Positions 54,088-63,995 of a stretch of DNA of 64,000 nucleotides are shown in pieces. The notes beneath the pieces were generated by a model. The model was not told the DNA's origin. It saw only the letters and a list, made by a program, of their open reading frames with translations, and ran no database searches. The translations under genes were made by a program, and so were the position numbers. Where the stretch lies: NCBI GenBank assembly GCA_046290645.1, contig JBKAGZ010000004.1, forward strand, positions 196,327-260,326, in the 5' to 3' direction. Position 1 is the stretch's first letter. Each line of letters opens with the position of its first letter. This stretch comes from Hyphomicrobiales bacterium. GTDB lineage: Bacteria > Pseudomonadota > Alphaproteobacteria > Rhizobiales > MH13.

Positions 54088-55611
54088 TCAGTTCGCGCTG
54101 GCGTTCCAGAAGAACGGCCAGGGTGTTGGGGTAACGCCAGTCAATCCTTGGCGATGACCCATCAGCGCATTGAAACCGCCAATCTTGATAAAGCCAACAT
54201 CTTCAAAAACGCGACGTTGCAGATCAGCAAACAGAGCTTGACGTTCTGCCGGATCTGTCTCGGTCGTAAAGGCAGCCAAGATGGCATCCTTTTCCTCATC
54301 CGACCATCCAAGACGAGACGTCGCCGCATAGAGGCTGGTGAGCGCCGGTTCTGGGAGGAACGGCGAGTGGGTGATGTAGATATCCCACAGAGCCGGATCA
54401 TTGCGGCGCTGGCCGAGTGTGGCCCAGTCCACCACGTCCATGTGAACGGAAAATCCAGCCTGCTCCAGGGCAACGGCGGCAACTTCAGCCATCTTGAAGT
54501 GGAATTCATACTGGCGCGACGTCAGGATGCGTAGCGGCGTGCCGTCATACCCAGCTTCGCTCAGCAGATCGCCAGCGCGTTGCTGATCGTTCTGATTGTA
54601 AAGCTCAACGCCTTCATCCGTGCGCCATGACCAGCCATCAGGGTACATCGGGCCGTCAACCACGAAAAAGTTATCATCGCCAAAGGCTGCAAACAGCATA
54701 TCATCAATCGGCAGTGCAGCCTGCAAAGCCTGGCGCACCGGCAGATCGGTCAACAGGCCAGCCTTGTGGTTGATCGCGAAGATCGGCCAACCAAACGGCC
54801 GCAGCAATAGAGGGTCGGCAACATCGCTGGCCTCTATGCGCGCTAAAGATTCTGCCGGCAATCCATCGGCAAAATCGAACTGGCCAGAAAGCAAACCCTC
54901 AACGCGTGTGTTGGCATCCGGCACCGGCACGAAACGAATTTCATCAGCAATCTGCGACCGCATGCCAGCGGCACCGCTGGACGGCTCCTGGCGCGAAACA
55001 TAGCCGTCAAACCGGCTAAGCTGTAAATATTGGTCGGGCACATGATCGACGATTTGATACGGTCCTGTCCCGACAATCTCGCCCATCGTCTCCGCCAGCG
55101 TCTCTTCGGGATAGATCACAGCCGCCGAGTTAGAAAACGCAAGCAGGGAAAGCAGCGGCGAGTACGCTTCGTTCATCTGAATTTCGATCGAATAATCCGA
55201 CGTTGCCGTGACCGCAGCGACTTGCTCCGCCACCCCGCGACCACGCGTGGCGACCTCCAGCCAGCGATTGAGCGACGCCACCACATCAGCGGAGTCCATC
55301 GATGAGCCATCATGGAATGTGATGCCCTGGCGCAGATCGATCGCGTAGGTAAGCCCATCATCACTGATCATCGGCAGGTCGACGGCAAGCAGTGGAGCCA
55401 CCGCCCAACTTTCATCGAAGGTGTAGAGCGTTTCGACAAAATGCTGGGTGACGATGCTGACAACATCCTTTGTCGACATCATCGGATCAAGCGTTTCAGG
55501 TTCGCCGACAATGGCAACATTCAAGGTTTGCGCTGACGCTGGCGTTGCCAGCATTGCACCGGCCAAAAGGGCCGCGCAGAATGCACTCTTTTTCAGAAAC
55601 TGGACTGGCAT
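54088..55611 (-). CDS. ABC transporter substrate-binding protein, family 5 (peptide/nickel/oligosaccharide type)
   Basis: 507 aa with signal peptide FCAALLAGAMLATPASAQ. GGGAGG Shine-Dalgarno upstream. Confidence 0.9.
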   Translation of the reverse strand: MPVQFLKKSAFCAALLAGAMLATPASAQTLNVAIVGEPETLDPMMSTKDVVSIVTQHFVETLYTFDESWAVAPLLAVDLPMISDDGLTYAIDLRQGITFHDGSSMDSADVVASLNRWLEVATRGRGVAEQVAAVTATSDYSIEIQMNEAYSPLLSLLAFSNSAAVIYPEETLAETMGEIVGTGPYQIVDHVPDQYLQLSRFDGYVSRQEPSSGAAGMRSQIADEIRFVPVPDANTRVEGLLSGQFDFADGLPAESLARIEASDVADPLLLRPFGWPIFAINHKAGLLTDLPVRQALQAALPIDDMLFAAFGDDNFFVVDGPMYPDGWSWRTDEGVELYNQNDQQRAGDLLSEAGYDGTPLRILTSRQYEFHFKMAEVAAVALEQAGFSVHMDVVDWATLGQRRNDPALWDIYITHSPFLPEPALTSLYAATSRLGWSDEEKDAILAAFTTETDPAERQALFADLQRRVFEDVGFIKIGGFNALMGHRQGLTGVTPTPWPFFWNASAN

Positions 55612-55624
55612 GGTAATACCTCCC

Positions 55625-55660
55625 TTATTATGTAATATATATCATTGTTAAGGAGTATAC
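55625..55660. promoter_or_regulatory. tandem AT-rich 16-nt elements (20-bp phasing), candidate shared operator
   Basis: TTATTATGTAATATAT (55625-55640) and TTGTTAAGGAGTATAC (55645-55660, 11/16 match), starting 14 nt upstream of the SBP start. The first is the exact reverse complement of 46123-46138. Confidence 0.5.
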
Positions 55661-56215
55661 GCTTTTTCGTTCCAATCGGTCAAGACAGTGGATTGACGTT
55701 ACGATCGACGGCGATGAAAACAGGTTGGAAAGCGAAAGTTGGCACGACGAAAAGTGCAGAAAACCCAGCGCCCTGCGAAAAGGGCGTTCGACATCCAACA
55801 CTGGATGTGGGCGTTTAAAGGTTGGTCTTGGGCTGATGTAAGAACGGCACTGCGGGCCGAACTGGCTGGTCAATGTGTGATTGAATTGACAGCGGAAAGG
55901 CTCAAGCCCCAGCGCACCAACCGCGGATCATATCGGCCATAAAGGCACAGGTCAGCGAACGCCTGTGGCTGCCAATTCGCCACTCAGGGCAATTGGTCTG
56001 CGTCGCCATCCATCAAAACGCTGGCTTGATAGCTAGCTGTTTGAATAGCGCGTTGCGGGTCGGTTGTGCGTTGACGAGAACCTAGGAGGATTGTGATGCC
56101 AAACGGCTTTCGGCAACCCCACAACTGAGGGCCGAACCAAAGCGAAAGCAAACGGCTGCGGCAACCAGACCATGTTCTTCGACGGCCGACGACATGCGCC
56201 AATTGTTGCCCGCCA

Positions 56216-56932
56216 TTAAGGCGCCATTTCGTCAATGATTTCTTCGATCGCTCGATCGTCATTTTCTTCCGCCCGCGCGATCGCTGGTGTCGCGCCGATC
56301 CAACTGCCGTCCTCAACGCATGTAAGCATCAAATGCGCAAGGTCCCCATGCCGCGTGCGGATCAGATTTTTTGGAATTGCATCTGGCTGTACCACATAGT
56401 CGTCGGTGCATGCACCGTCCATCAGCCATCCTGGCCTCACGGCTGTCCAGTTGAGATCGGTGCCGCGCAGTTGGCTTTCCATTTCCGCCATCTGCGCAAA
56501 CACACGTGCCAGCGCTGGTAACGCCGTTAGCTTAAACGCCAGTGGACCTCGGTTCAGGGTTTCGACAAAACTGGCCGAGATCACAACCAAGCGTTTGACG
56601 CCGACCTCGTTCATCGCCTGACAAATCCGCGCCGTCCCTTGGGTGTAAAGCGGTGGCGGGTCCAACAAAGTTGGAACATCATTGGCAACGCCCAATGCCG
56701 ATAGGACAGCGGTTGAACCATCGATGATGTCGCCGAGCGGATCGCTGAGAACATCAGCATTGTGCCAGCTTAGTCCATCTCTGGCTTCAAGTGCCTCGGC
56801 ACCTTCGTGAACTATACCCCTCACCTGAAATCCGCGCGCGAGCGATTGGGCAACAAGATGTTCGCCGGTCGCGCCATCCGCGCCAAAAATGGTAACAGTT
56901 CTGGTGTTGCTCTTCGTCACATTGAACTCCAT
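56216..56932 (-). CDS. NAD(P)H-binding (NmrA/atypical SDR-like) oxidoreductase
   Basis: N-terminal VTIFGADGATGEHLV glycine-rich motif; 238 aa. Confidence 0.75.
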   Translation of the reverse strand: MEFNVTKSNTRTVTIFGADGATGEHLVAQSLARGFQVRGIVHEGAEALEARDGLSWHNADVLSDPLGDIIDGSTAVLSALGVANDVPTLLDPPPLYTQGTARICQAMNEVGVKRLVVISASFVETLNRGPLAFKLTALPALARVFAQMAEMESQLRGTDLNWTAVRPGWLMDGACTDDYVVQPDAIPKNLIRTRHGDLAHLMLTCVEDGSWIGATPAIARAEENDDRAIEEIIDEMAP

Positions 56933-56990
56933 TTGAAATAATCTGCTTGTCGGCTCCGCCGAACCGGCTCTCAGGGGTTTAGCCCCTAAG

Positions 56991-57677
56991 CTAGCCTTGC
57001 TCAGGATTGGCTGTTTTCAAGACCGTTGCGAGCATGTCGCCCTCGCCATAGACAAGCAGGGTGTCGCCGCTTTCCAGCGGCCGATCCAAAGACGGGACGC
57101 CTTCCCAACTGCCATCCTCGCGCTCAATACCCAGAACGATGACCTGGCTGTCGCGGAGCCAAAGGTCGCGGAGCGACTGGCCAATAAAAGGCGAACTGGC
57201 GTCGAGCTGAAACTCGGCAACACGCCAATTGTCGCGCAGGTGAAGAAGCGCGGCGTAATCCCGCAAATCCAGTGCCGGTGTGGTCTTGAGGATGCGCTCG
57301 ATGAACGGGCGCGTCAGGCGCGCCAAGGACCCGGAGCGAGCTATGAAGATAATGGCAGCGCTGCCCAAGAGGAACGTCGCAAGCTTCGCCTCGGTCGAAA
57401 AACTGTCGCCAGCAAAGGAGAGCATGAGCGTGGTAATGGCCGTCACGATGCCAGCCGACCCCGCGCGTATGAGCATCGCAATGATGCGGCGGCGCGCCGG
57501 CCCATTGACGACGTTCTCAGCCTCCCCGGTCGTGAACCCCGCTCCAGAGAACGCTGAAAGCGCCTGAAATTTTGCAACGTCTTCCGAAACGCCAGTCATC
57601 GTCAGCGCGATCGCGCCAACCCGTACAAACAGCAGCGAGAAAGCGATGACCAAAAGAAGTGATGCGATAGCAAGCAT
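56991..57677 (-). CDS. membrane protein with C-terminal TrkA-C (RCK_C) domain
   Basis: ATG 57677 (MLAIASLLLVIAFSLLF). Two to three TM segments with SAFSGAGFTTGE, then a TrkA-C-like domain (VAEFQLDASSPFIGQSLRDL...GDTLLVYGE). Confidence 0.7.
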   Translation of the reverse strand: MLAIASLLLVIAFSLLFVRVGAIALTMTGVSEDVAKFQALSAFSGAGFTTGEAENVVNGPARRRIIAMLIRAGSAGIVTAITTLMLSFAGDSFSTEAKLATFLLGSAAIIFIARSGSLARLTRPFIERILKTTPALDLRDYAALLHLRDNWRVAEFQLDASSPFIGQSLRDLWLRDSQVIVLGIEREDGSWEGVPSLDRPLESGDTLLVYGEGDMLATVLKTANPEQG

Positions 57678-57691
57678 GGTGGCAAACTCTC

Positions 57692-59026
57692 CTACAAAAG
57701 CCCTTCGCGGCGGGCAGCAATGAGTGCGGCCGCACCACCCAGCACATTGCCGACAGCAAGCGCGGCATAGACCGCCCAAACGTCGAACAGATAAGCGGCA
57801 AGAAACGCCAGCGGAATGGTGACAACGAACATGCGGATCGACGCTGCAATAGTGCCAGGTATCGGTTTGCCAGCAGCATTGAGCGCACCAATGACGACGA
57901 TCAGCGCGCCATACCCAAAGACCGACGCTGGCACGATCATGAGGAACAATGCGGCCTGATCGGCGATCGTCTGGCTATCGGTGAAGAGCGCTGTGACCTG
58001 CCCGCCAAATAGCGCGAGAGCAACGGCAAGGACCGCGGTATAGCCAACGATAATCTTCAGGCAGAGCATGAGAGCGCCGCGTACGCGTTCCGACAGGTCG
58101 GCGCCGTAATTCTGGCCGATCAGCGGACCGATCGCCGCCGAAAGACCAAGCAGTGGCACTTGAGCGAAGTTCAAGACGCGGCTGCCAACCCCGAAAGCCG
58201 CGACAGCCTGCTCCAAGATCAGTGCCAGAGACGCGGTCAGGGCCGCCAAGCCGAGCGGATTGATCATATTGGAGGCGGCAGCCGGCGCCGCGATCTGACC
58301 GATCTCGGTAAATCTATCCGATGAACCAAGCTGCAAATGCGTTGCGATGGAGCGTCCGTCACGAAGCAAGAACCAAACGGCGATCCCCGCCATGGCCAGT
58401 CGCGCGATGATCGAGGCGAAGGCTGCGCCATCGAGGCCGAATTCCGGGATCGGACCTAGGCCGAAAATAAAGATCGGGTCGAGGGCAGCGTTCACGACTG
58501 CGGTGGTTGTCATGACCAAAGCAGCGCGCGAGCTTTCGCCTTCGGCACGCATGATGCCGTTTGACACGATACCAAAGACAAGAAAAGGCAGGCCAATCAA
58601 CCAAAGGCGCATGAAGCTGGTTACAAGCTCCAGGCTCTCACCCGACGCGCCTTGCAAGCGGAAAATGGCTGGCGCTGCAATGGCCCCGGCAAGCGCAACA
58701 AGCGTCGCAACACCGACTGCGACCGCTAAGACGTTGCGAGCATGTCGCCTGGCAAGCTTGGTTTCATCACGCCCTCGCGCCTTGGAAACCAGAGACGTCG
58801 CAGCCGCGGACAAGCCAATCCCCAAGCTTGTCAGAACCATCTGCATCGGAAAGGCAAAACCTAACGCGGTGAGCGGTTTTTCGCCGTATCGACCAACGAA
58901 GAAGGTATCAACCAGAGCGACCGACATCACCATCGCGACGCCCCAGGTCATAGGCACCCAGAGACGGAGGAGGTGGTTGGCAAGCGATCCGTCGGTGAGG
59001 TCGCGTTCGCGCAGGGCATCAGCCAT
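57692..59026 (-). CDS. MATE family efflux transporter
   Basis: ATG 59026 (MADALRERDLTDGSLANHLLRLWVPM). 12-TM MATE-type sequence. Confidence 0.85.
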   Translation of the reverse strand: MADALRERDLTDGSLANHLLRLWVPMTWGVAMVMSVALVDTFFVGRYGEKPLTALGFAFPMQMVLTSLGIGLSAAATSLVSKARGRDETKLARRHARNVLAVAVGVATLVALAGAIAAPAIFRLQGASGESLELVTSFMRLWLIGLPFLVFGIVSNGIMRAEGESSRAALVMTTTAVVNAALDPIFIFGLGPIPEFGLDGAAFASIIARLAMAGIAVWFLLRDGRSIATHLQLGSSDRFTEIGQIAAPAAASNMINPLGLAALTASLALILEQAVAAFGVGSRVLNFAQVPLLGLSAAIGPLIGQNYGADLSERVRGALMLCLKIIVGYTAVLAVALALFGGQVTALFTDSQTIADQAALFLMIVPASVFGYGALIVVIGALNAAGKPIPGTIAASIRMFVVTIPLAFLAAYLFDVWAVYAALAVGNVLGGAAALIAARREGLL

Positions 59027-59241
59027 GAAGGTCACCTGACAAAGAAGGGAAACAGTAGGAATCGCGCCGCAGTGCATGGTCGGCATCACAGCTAAGAAAG
59101 GCGCGCGAGAGAGAACCAAGCGCAGACATTCCGAAGCCTTTAGGATACATGGGCGAATGCGCAGCCTGCCCAATCGTTCCAGCCGAGCCACATTTTTTTG
59201 CCTATGATGGAACGCCGTGGCGGTAGCAGCATTGGCCCTTC

Positions 59242-60525
59242 ATGATGGATTTGCCGCTGACGCTTGATCTCCGCGATCTTTTTTATGTTCTCGTCGGCTT
59301 GGCTTTGCTCGGCCTCACGCTGCAATCAGCCCTTGCGCACGTCCGTTGGATCAACATCCCTGCGTTCTATGTGTTGACCGGGATCGTGGCAGCGGCCTGG
59401 GGCTTGCCGACGCTCACACCGCTTGGGTCAGAGCTGGAAGCGAAGATACTGGAGCACCTGGCCGAGTTGATCGTCATCATCTCGCTCGCAGGTGCGGGCC
59501 TTGCTATCGACACGCCGATGACATGGCGCAATTGGCGACCTGCCTTCCTTCTCCTGCTCATCACCATGCCGCTGACCATGGCAGCCGTGTTCGCGCTAGG
59601 CTTCTGGGGCGCCGGGCTGTCGCTTGCAAGCGCTATGCTGCTGGCGGCCGCACTGGCCCCGACCGACCCGGTTTTGGCCCGTTCAGTGCAGGTGGGGCCG
59701 CCGGGAACCACTGAAAAGCCAATGAAGCTGTCGCTAACCGCCGAAGCAGGCCTCAATGACGGCTTGGCATTCCCTTTCATCTATCTTGCAATTGGCCTTG
59801 CGACTTACGGCGTCTCGAACGGTCTAGGATGGCTGGCCAACTGGGCATTTATCGACCTCGTCTACCGTGTTGCCGCCGGCATCGGTGCCGGCTATGTGGT
59901 GGGCTTCGCCATCTCCCGTTGGACCTTTTCCCCGCAAGGTGATGCCGCGCAGGGATCGTGGAACGCCACCGTCGTGGCGCTTGGCGCAACCTTACTCAGT
60001 TATGGCATTGCCGAGGCCATTGATGGGTATGGGTTCCTTGCCGTGTTCTTCGCCGCGCGCGCTGGACGCATCCTTAGCCGCAAACGTGGCAAAGCTGGAT
60101 ACGAAGAGCATGCGCATCATGGCGCCGATCAGTTGGAAACGATCCTCTTGGCTTTGCTGCTGTTGTGGGTCGGTAGCTTTATCGGCCAAGGCGGCTTGCA
60201 AGGGCTGACATGGGTTGACATCGCAATTGCCGTTGGGCTCATTTTCCTCATTCGGCCGATATCCGGCGATCTTGCCCTAAGGCTGTTTCGTTGCAAGGAA
60301 TTGGAGCGCCGCAAGGTGGCGTTCTTTGGCGTTCGCGGCATGGGGTCGATTTTCTACATCGCCTACGCTCAAAACCATGCCGACTTCAGCGATATGGATG
60401 CTGTTTGGCGCATCGCGGTCGTTACGATCGCCCTGTCGATCTTCGTGCATGGCTTTGCTGCGAACGTTCTGGTTTCCGACGATGGTCCCAATGAGCCCCG
60501 CGCCCATCCTCGTAAATCTGGTTAG
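59242..60525 (+). CDS. cation:proton antiporter (CPA1, Na+/H+ exchanger-like)
   Basis: Polytopic membrane protein with LAPTDPVLA and TAEAGLNDGLAFPF blocks. Confidence 0.85.
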   Translation: MMDLPLTLDLRDLFYVLVGLALLGLTLQSALAHVRWINIPAFYVLTGIVAAAWGLPTLTPLGSELEAKILEHLAELIVIISLAGAGLAIDTPMTWRNWRPAFLLLLITMPLTMAAVFALGFWGAGLSLASAMLLAAALAPTDPVLARSVQVGPPGTTEKPMKLSLTAEAGLNDGLAFPFIYLAIGLATYGVSNGLGWLANWAFIDLVYRVAAGIGAGYVVGFAISRWTFSPQGDAAQGSWNATVVALGATLLSYGIAEAIDGYGFLAVFFAARAGRILSRKRGKAGYEEHAHHGADQLETILLALLLLWVGSFIGQGGLQGLTWVDIAIAVGLIFLIRPISGDLALRLFRCKELERRKVAFFGVRGMGSIFYIAYAQNHADFSDMDAVWRIAVVTIALSIFVHGFAANVLVSDDGPNEPRAHPRKSG

Positions 60526-60543
60526 CGGGAGAGAAAAGCGCGG

Positions 60544-61908
60544 CTACTCAACCGGGCGCGCATCATTGAGAAGATCTTCCTGGTCACCTTGCGCGCGCTC
60601 TTTCTCGACCTGTTTTTGAACGTCGAGCTCAGGCGTGACATCAATGTCGGCGGCATCCACGCTGCGTGACCGAGAGGCAGGTTTCTCAGGCACCTTCTGA
60701 CGCACCTGCGATGTTGCTAGGTCGGCAAGATCCATACCGTCGATACGCAGCCGATAGATCGGTTCTGGCAAGGTGAACCCTTGTTCTTCCAAAACCTGTT
60801 TAACGGCATTGATAGCCCCACTGCGGGCCTTCAAGAAGTTGGCGTCGCGCTGATCCACCCAGGCGGCGAACCAAATAATGATGCTGGAATCGCCGACTTC
60901 CTTGATCCCGGCCAGCGGCTGCGGATCGGTCAGAATGAAAGGCAGCTTTTTCAGTGCCAGATCGCCTGCCTCCATGGCGGCCAACGGATCGTCATCGGCA
61001 TCCACGCCAAGCTCAAACTCCAGCCGGCGCTGGGGATTGCGCGTGTAATTGAGGATAATGCCCTTAAACACCTGTGCGTTGGGAATGCGCAGATGATTGC
61101 CTTCCAGTGTCATCAGAATTGTCGCTCGCGATGTCAGGCGAACGACGATCCCTTCATGGTTGTCGATAACGACATGATCGTTGGCGCGGAACGGTTGCCG
61201 CAAGCTCAACATTACGCTGGCAATATAGTTCTCGATCGTATCGCGGACGGCAAACCCGACGGCAAGGCCGATGAGCCCCGCGCTGCCCGCCGCCGCGCCG
61301 AAAAGCGCCATGGCATCAAGAATGCTCAGCGCCAGCAGCAGGCCCAAAAGAATGCCTACGATGCGAATGGTCTGAACGATAAGGCGGGCTATGAACGGGT
61401 TGGGCGCAACCGTCGCCCACAGTGTAGAAGCCGAAGCAATGGCGTAACCAAAAAGCGCGACAAGCACGAAGGCGGTGAGCGCCACCGCATAGAGTGGCCA
61501 GGCACGCGCCAACCCTTCAAGGGTCGCCTGGTAGCGTTCTAGAAGCGGGTTGAGATTGTCTTCAACGCTCAGTGTCCGGTCGATAGCGTCTTCGACGGCA
61601 ACAATGCCTTCCAGGCGTTCGGTGAGCGATAAGGCCCGCTCTGCAGCACTCTCATTGGGCACCGAACCCGACAGCACGACCACACCTTCGCGAACAGTAG
61701 GCTGAAGGTCCTGCAACTCATCGATCTCTGAAAAAATGGCAACGAGCCGCTGGCGGATATCAGCATCGGTTGTGGCGCTGGCCTCCACCGCAATGGGTGT
61801 TGACGGGTCGCCGCCGTCCGCTGTCTGCGCAAGGGCGGCCCCAGTAACCAGCCAAAACCCGATGATGGCCAAAGCAAGGTTTTTGGCGAGGCCGGGTAGA
61901 CTGGGCAT
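60544..61908 (-). CDS. mechanosensitive ion channel (MscS family) with N-terminal BON domain
   Basis: ATG 61908 gives a signal-like N-terminus. BON-like VREGVVVLSGSVPNESAAERA, TM helices, then an MscS beta-domain (ANDHVVIDNHEGIVVRLTSRATIL). Confidence 0.8.
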   Translation of the reverse strand: MPSLPGLAKNLALAIIGFWLVTGAALAQTADGGDPSTPIAVEASATTDADIRQRLVAIFSEIDELQDLQPTVREGVVVLSGSVPNESAAERALSLTERLEGIVAVEDAIDRTLSVEDNLNPLLERYQATLEGLARAWPLYAVALTAFVLVALFGYAIASASTLWATVAPNPFIARLIVQTIRIVGILLGLLLALSILDAMALFGAAAGSAGLIGLAVGFAVRDTIENYIASVMLSLRQPFRANDHVVIDNHEGIVVRLTSRATILMTLEGNHLRIPNAQVFKGIILNYTRNPQRRLEFELGVDADDDPLAAMEAGDLALKKLPFILTDPQPLAGIKEVGDSSIIIWFAAWVDQRDANFLKARSGAINAVKQVLEEQGFTLPEPIYRLRIDGMDLADLATSQVRQKVPEKPASRSRSVDAADIDVTPELDVQKQVEKERAQGDQEDLLNDARPVE

Positions 61909-62183
61909 AGCAAACCCAGAGCCTGCGCAGACGCTTGGCGGAAACTGCATTTCTAACTGCTCCAAGACGCACGTGGCGAGTGCAAGTTAACAAGAACCAA
62001 CGCATGGTAACCGATCAAGTTCCAGTGCTCGTCCACGCGGTCGCGGTTTCGTCGATGCATTCAAGGCCATTAAGTTGGTCGGCGCTGATGCTGGCCACCA
62101 GGTCCAAAATGGCGCGTTCCTCAACGTCGAGCTATCAACGGTCCGGTGTTCACATCGTCCATGCTGCAAGCATGGAGGTCGCA

Positions 62184-63407
62184 CTATCCAGCCAGCTTGC
62201 GATCGTGTGTTGGAAGCAGATGATCGTCTAAGGGGCCTGGTTTGCCAAGCAGATAACCTTGGCCGGTGAAGATGCCGAGCGCTTTTAACGTTTCCTTCTC
62301 GGCGTCTGTCTCAATGCCCTCTGCAATGACCATGGTGCCCATTTCTCGGGCAAACATCACCATTCCGCCAACAAGCGACCGCTTTGCGTCATCCTGATCG
62401 ATGTCGCGTACAAGCCCCATATCGAGCTTGATCACATCTGCCCTCAGTTGAAGAATATGACTGAGACTAGCGTATCCCGCACCAGCGTCATCTACGGCCA
62501 GTTTGAGCCCACGCTCGCGCAACGGCTTCAAAGTGCGGTGCAATGCCTGATAGTCTTCAACTTGCGAGTGCTCGGTGATTTCCAGCATGAAGCTGTCGAG
62601 GTACTGCTCGGCGGCGAGAATGGCCAAGAAGGCATCCTCAAATACGTTCTCAGGCGAGATATTCAGCGACACATAAATGTTCGACGGCAAGGTTTTAGCC
62701 TGCTCAAGCGCGCGTTGAATGGCAAGGCACTCAAGTTCTGTGCCCAGCCCAACGCTGGCAGCATCGTCAAACCAAACATTCGGGGGTCGGTAGGGTTCTG
62801 ATGTGAACCGGGCCAGGCTCTCATAACCTTTGACGGTGTCGTTTGCCAGGTTCACGATGGGCTGGAAAACCATCCGAAACGTGTCGCCCTGGATCGCTCT
62901 TTCAATGCCCTGCTTCTTTGCATCTAACTCCCGCTCTTGCCCAATTCTCTCGGCAACGCGTTCAGCTGCCAGGTCGGCAAACATTCTCATAGTGTTGAGG
63001 TCACGCGTATTGAGCGAGGGATTGGGCGCAGCACTCAAACAGCAAAACATCCCGTAGAGCTCACCATCGGGAAGCCGCAAAGGGATCGACATATGCGATC
63101 CGATCGGCGCTTGCTGCGTGATCGGCATCGATTGTGCCAATGCGCTTGCGCCGGTATCGGGGATAAGCTGCGGCAGGCGGCCTTCGATGATGTGCTTGCA
63201 GTAGACGTCGTCGAGCGACCTTCTATCGCCTGGCTTTACAAGGTCTTCCAAGCCGGGAGCATCGACGAGTTCAAAAACCGAATCGTTGCCATCGATGCGA
63301 GACAGGTAGGCCACATCCATATCGAGATGTTGGCGCACAGCAGCAAGCGCCCGTTGCAGAGACATGTTGCCGGCATCGCCAGCACTTGGCAGCGCAGAAT
63401 TTAACAA
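62184..63407 (-). CDS. GAF-EAL protein (candidate c-di-GMP phosphodiesterase)
   Basis: N-terminal GAF-like domain. EAL-domain blocks YESLAR, SLNIS, LEITE, VDDAGAGYASL, IKLD, IAEGIET and GQGY. Confidence 0.85.
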   Translation of the reverse strand: MLNSALPSAGDAGNMSLQRALAAVRQHLDMDVAYLSRIDGNDSVFELVDAPGLEDLVKPGDRRSLDDVYCKHIIEGRLPQLIPDTGASALAQSMPITQQAPIGSHMSIPLRLPDGELYGMFCCLSAAPNPSLNTRDLNTMRMFADLAAERVAERIGQERELDAKKQGIERAIQGDTFRMVFQPIVNLANDTVKGYESLARFTSEPYRPPNVWFDDAASVGLGTELECLAIQRALEQAKTLPSNIYVSLNISPENVFEDAFLAILAAEQYLDSFMLEITEHSQVEDYQALHRTLKPLRERGLKLAVDDAGAGYASLSHILQLRADVIKLDMGLVRDIDQDDAKRSLVGGMVMFAREMGTMVIAEGIETDAEKETLKALGIFTGQGYLLGKPGPLDDHLLPTHDRKLAG

Positions 63408-63767
63408 TGATCATATCCTTAAAATCTTGGCACTTGCCCAAAGAAAACCTGAGCGTGTTTGTCCGTTGTCACGATCCTCGAATGAAGCAGGCAACAAGAA
63501 AGTATCTTCGTCCGACAGAGGCTAACAATCGGTTTAACGAACGGCGATGTTTAGAGTTGAACACTGACGGTCAAACAAAGATCGTGTTCGCCGATTCCAA
63601 AATCGCCCAGCTTTGGTGCGTCTCGCGGCACCTTTCAAAGTTGGCTTGAACTCTCATTCTAAAAGAACCGAGAAACCCGATCCTCCATGCCGACAAGCTA
63701 CCCAAGAGGGTGATCGACAAGATTTGCGCTGAGGCGACTGTTTGGTGTGGATGCAAGGTTATCGAGC

Positions 63768-63995
63768 TTAGCTCTGAGCCTGGAAACGCAACAAGCGACC
63801 ACTCCAAACCAAAAGTATTGGAACGACCAACAGCTCCATGGCCAGGCCAAGTTGGTGACCAACCGACGGGGTGCCATCCACGATGAGAGATAAAAGCCGG
63901 GCGCATCCGCCCGCGATCGTGAGGATCGCAAGGAACTGGAACCGGTGGAGATAATTGCCGATTTGGATCGCAACGCTCCAGTAAGCCAAGCCCAT
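63768..63995 (-). CDS. small membrane protein (possibly DUF4345-like); N-terminus may lie beyond the window
   Basis: Hydrophobic 75-aa ORF at the window edge. Weak support only. Confidence 0.3.
   Translation of the reverse strand: MGLAYWSVAIQIGNYLHRFQFLAILTIAGGCARLLSLIVDGTPSVGHQLGLAMELLVVPILLVWSGRLLRFQAQS

Noticed and set aside
55739-55942. 67-aa plus-strand ORF in the 600-nt gap upstream of the family-5 SBP operon
   Set aside because: It has a TTG start without an SD, no recognisable family, and is overlapped by other equally weak ORFs. The region is more likely promoter or leader DNA.
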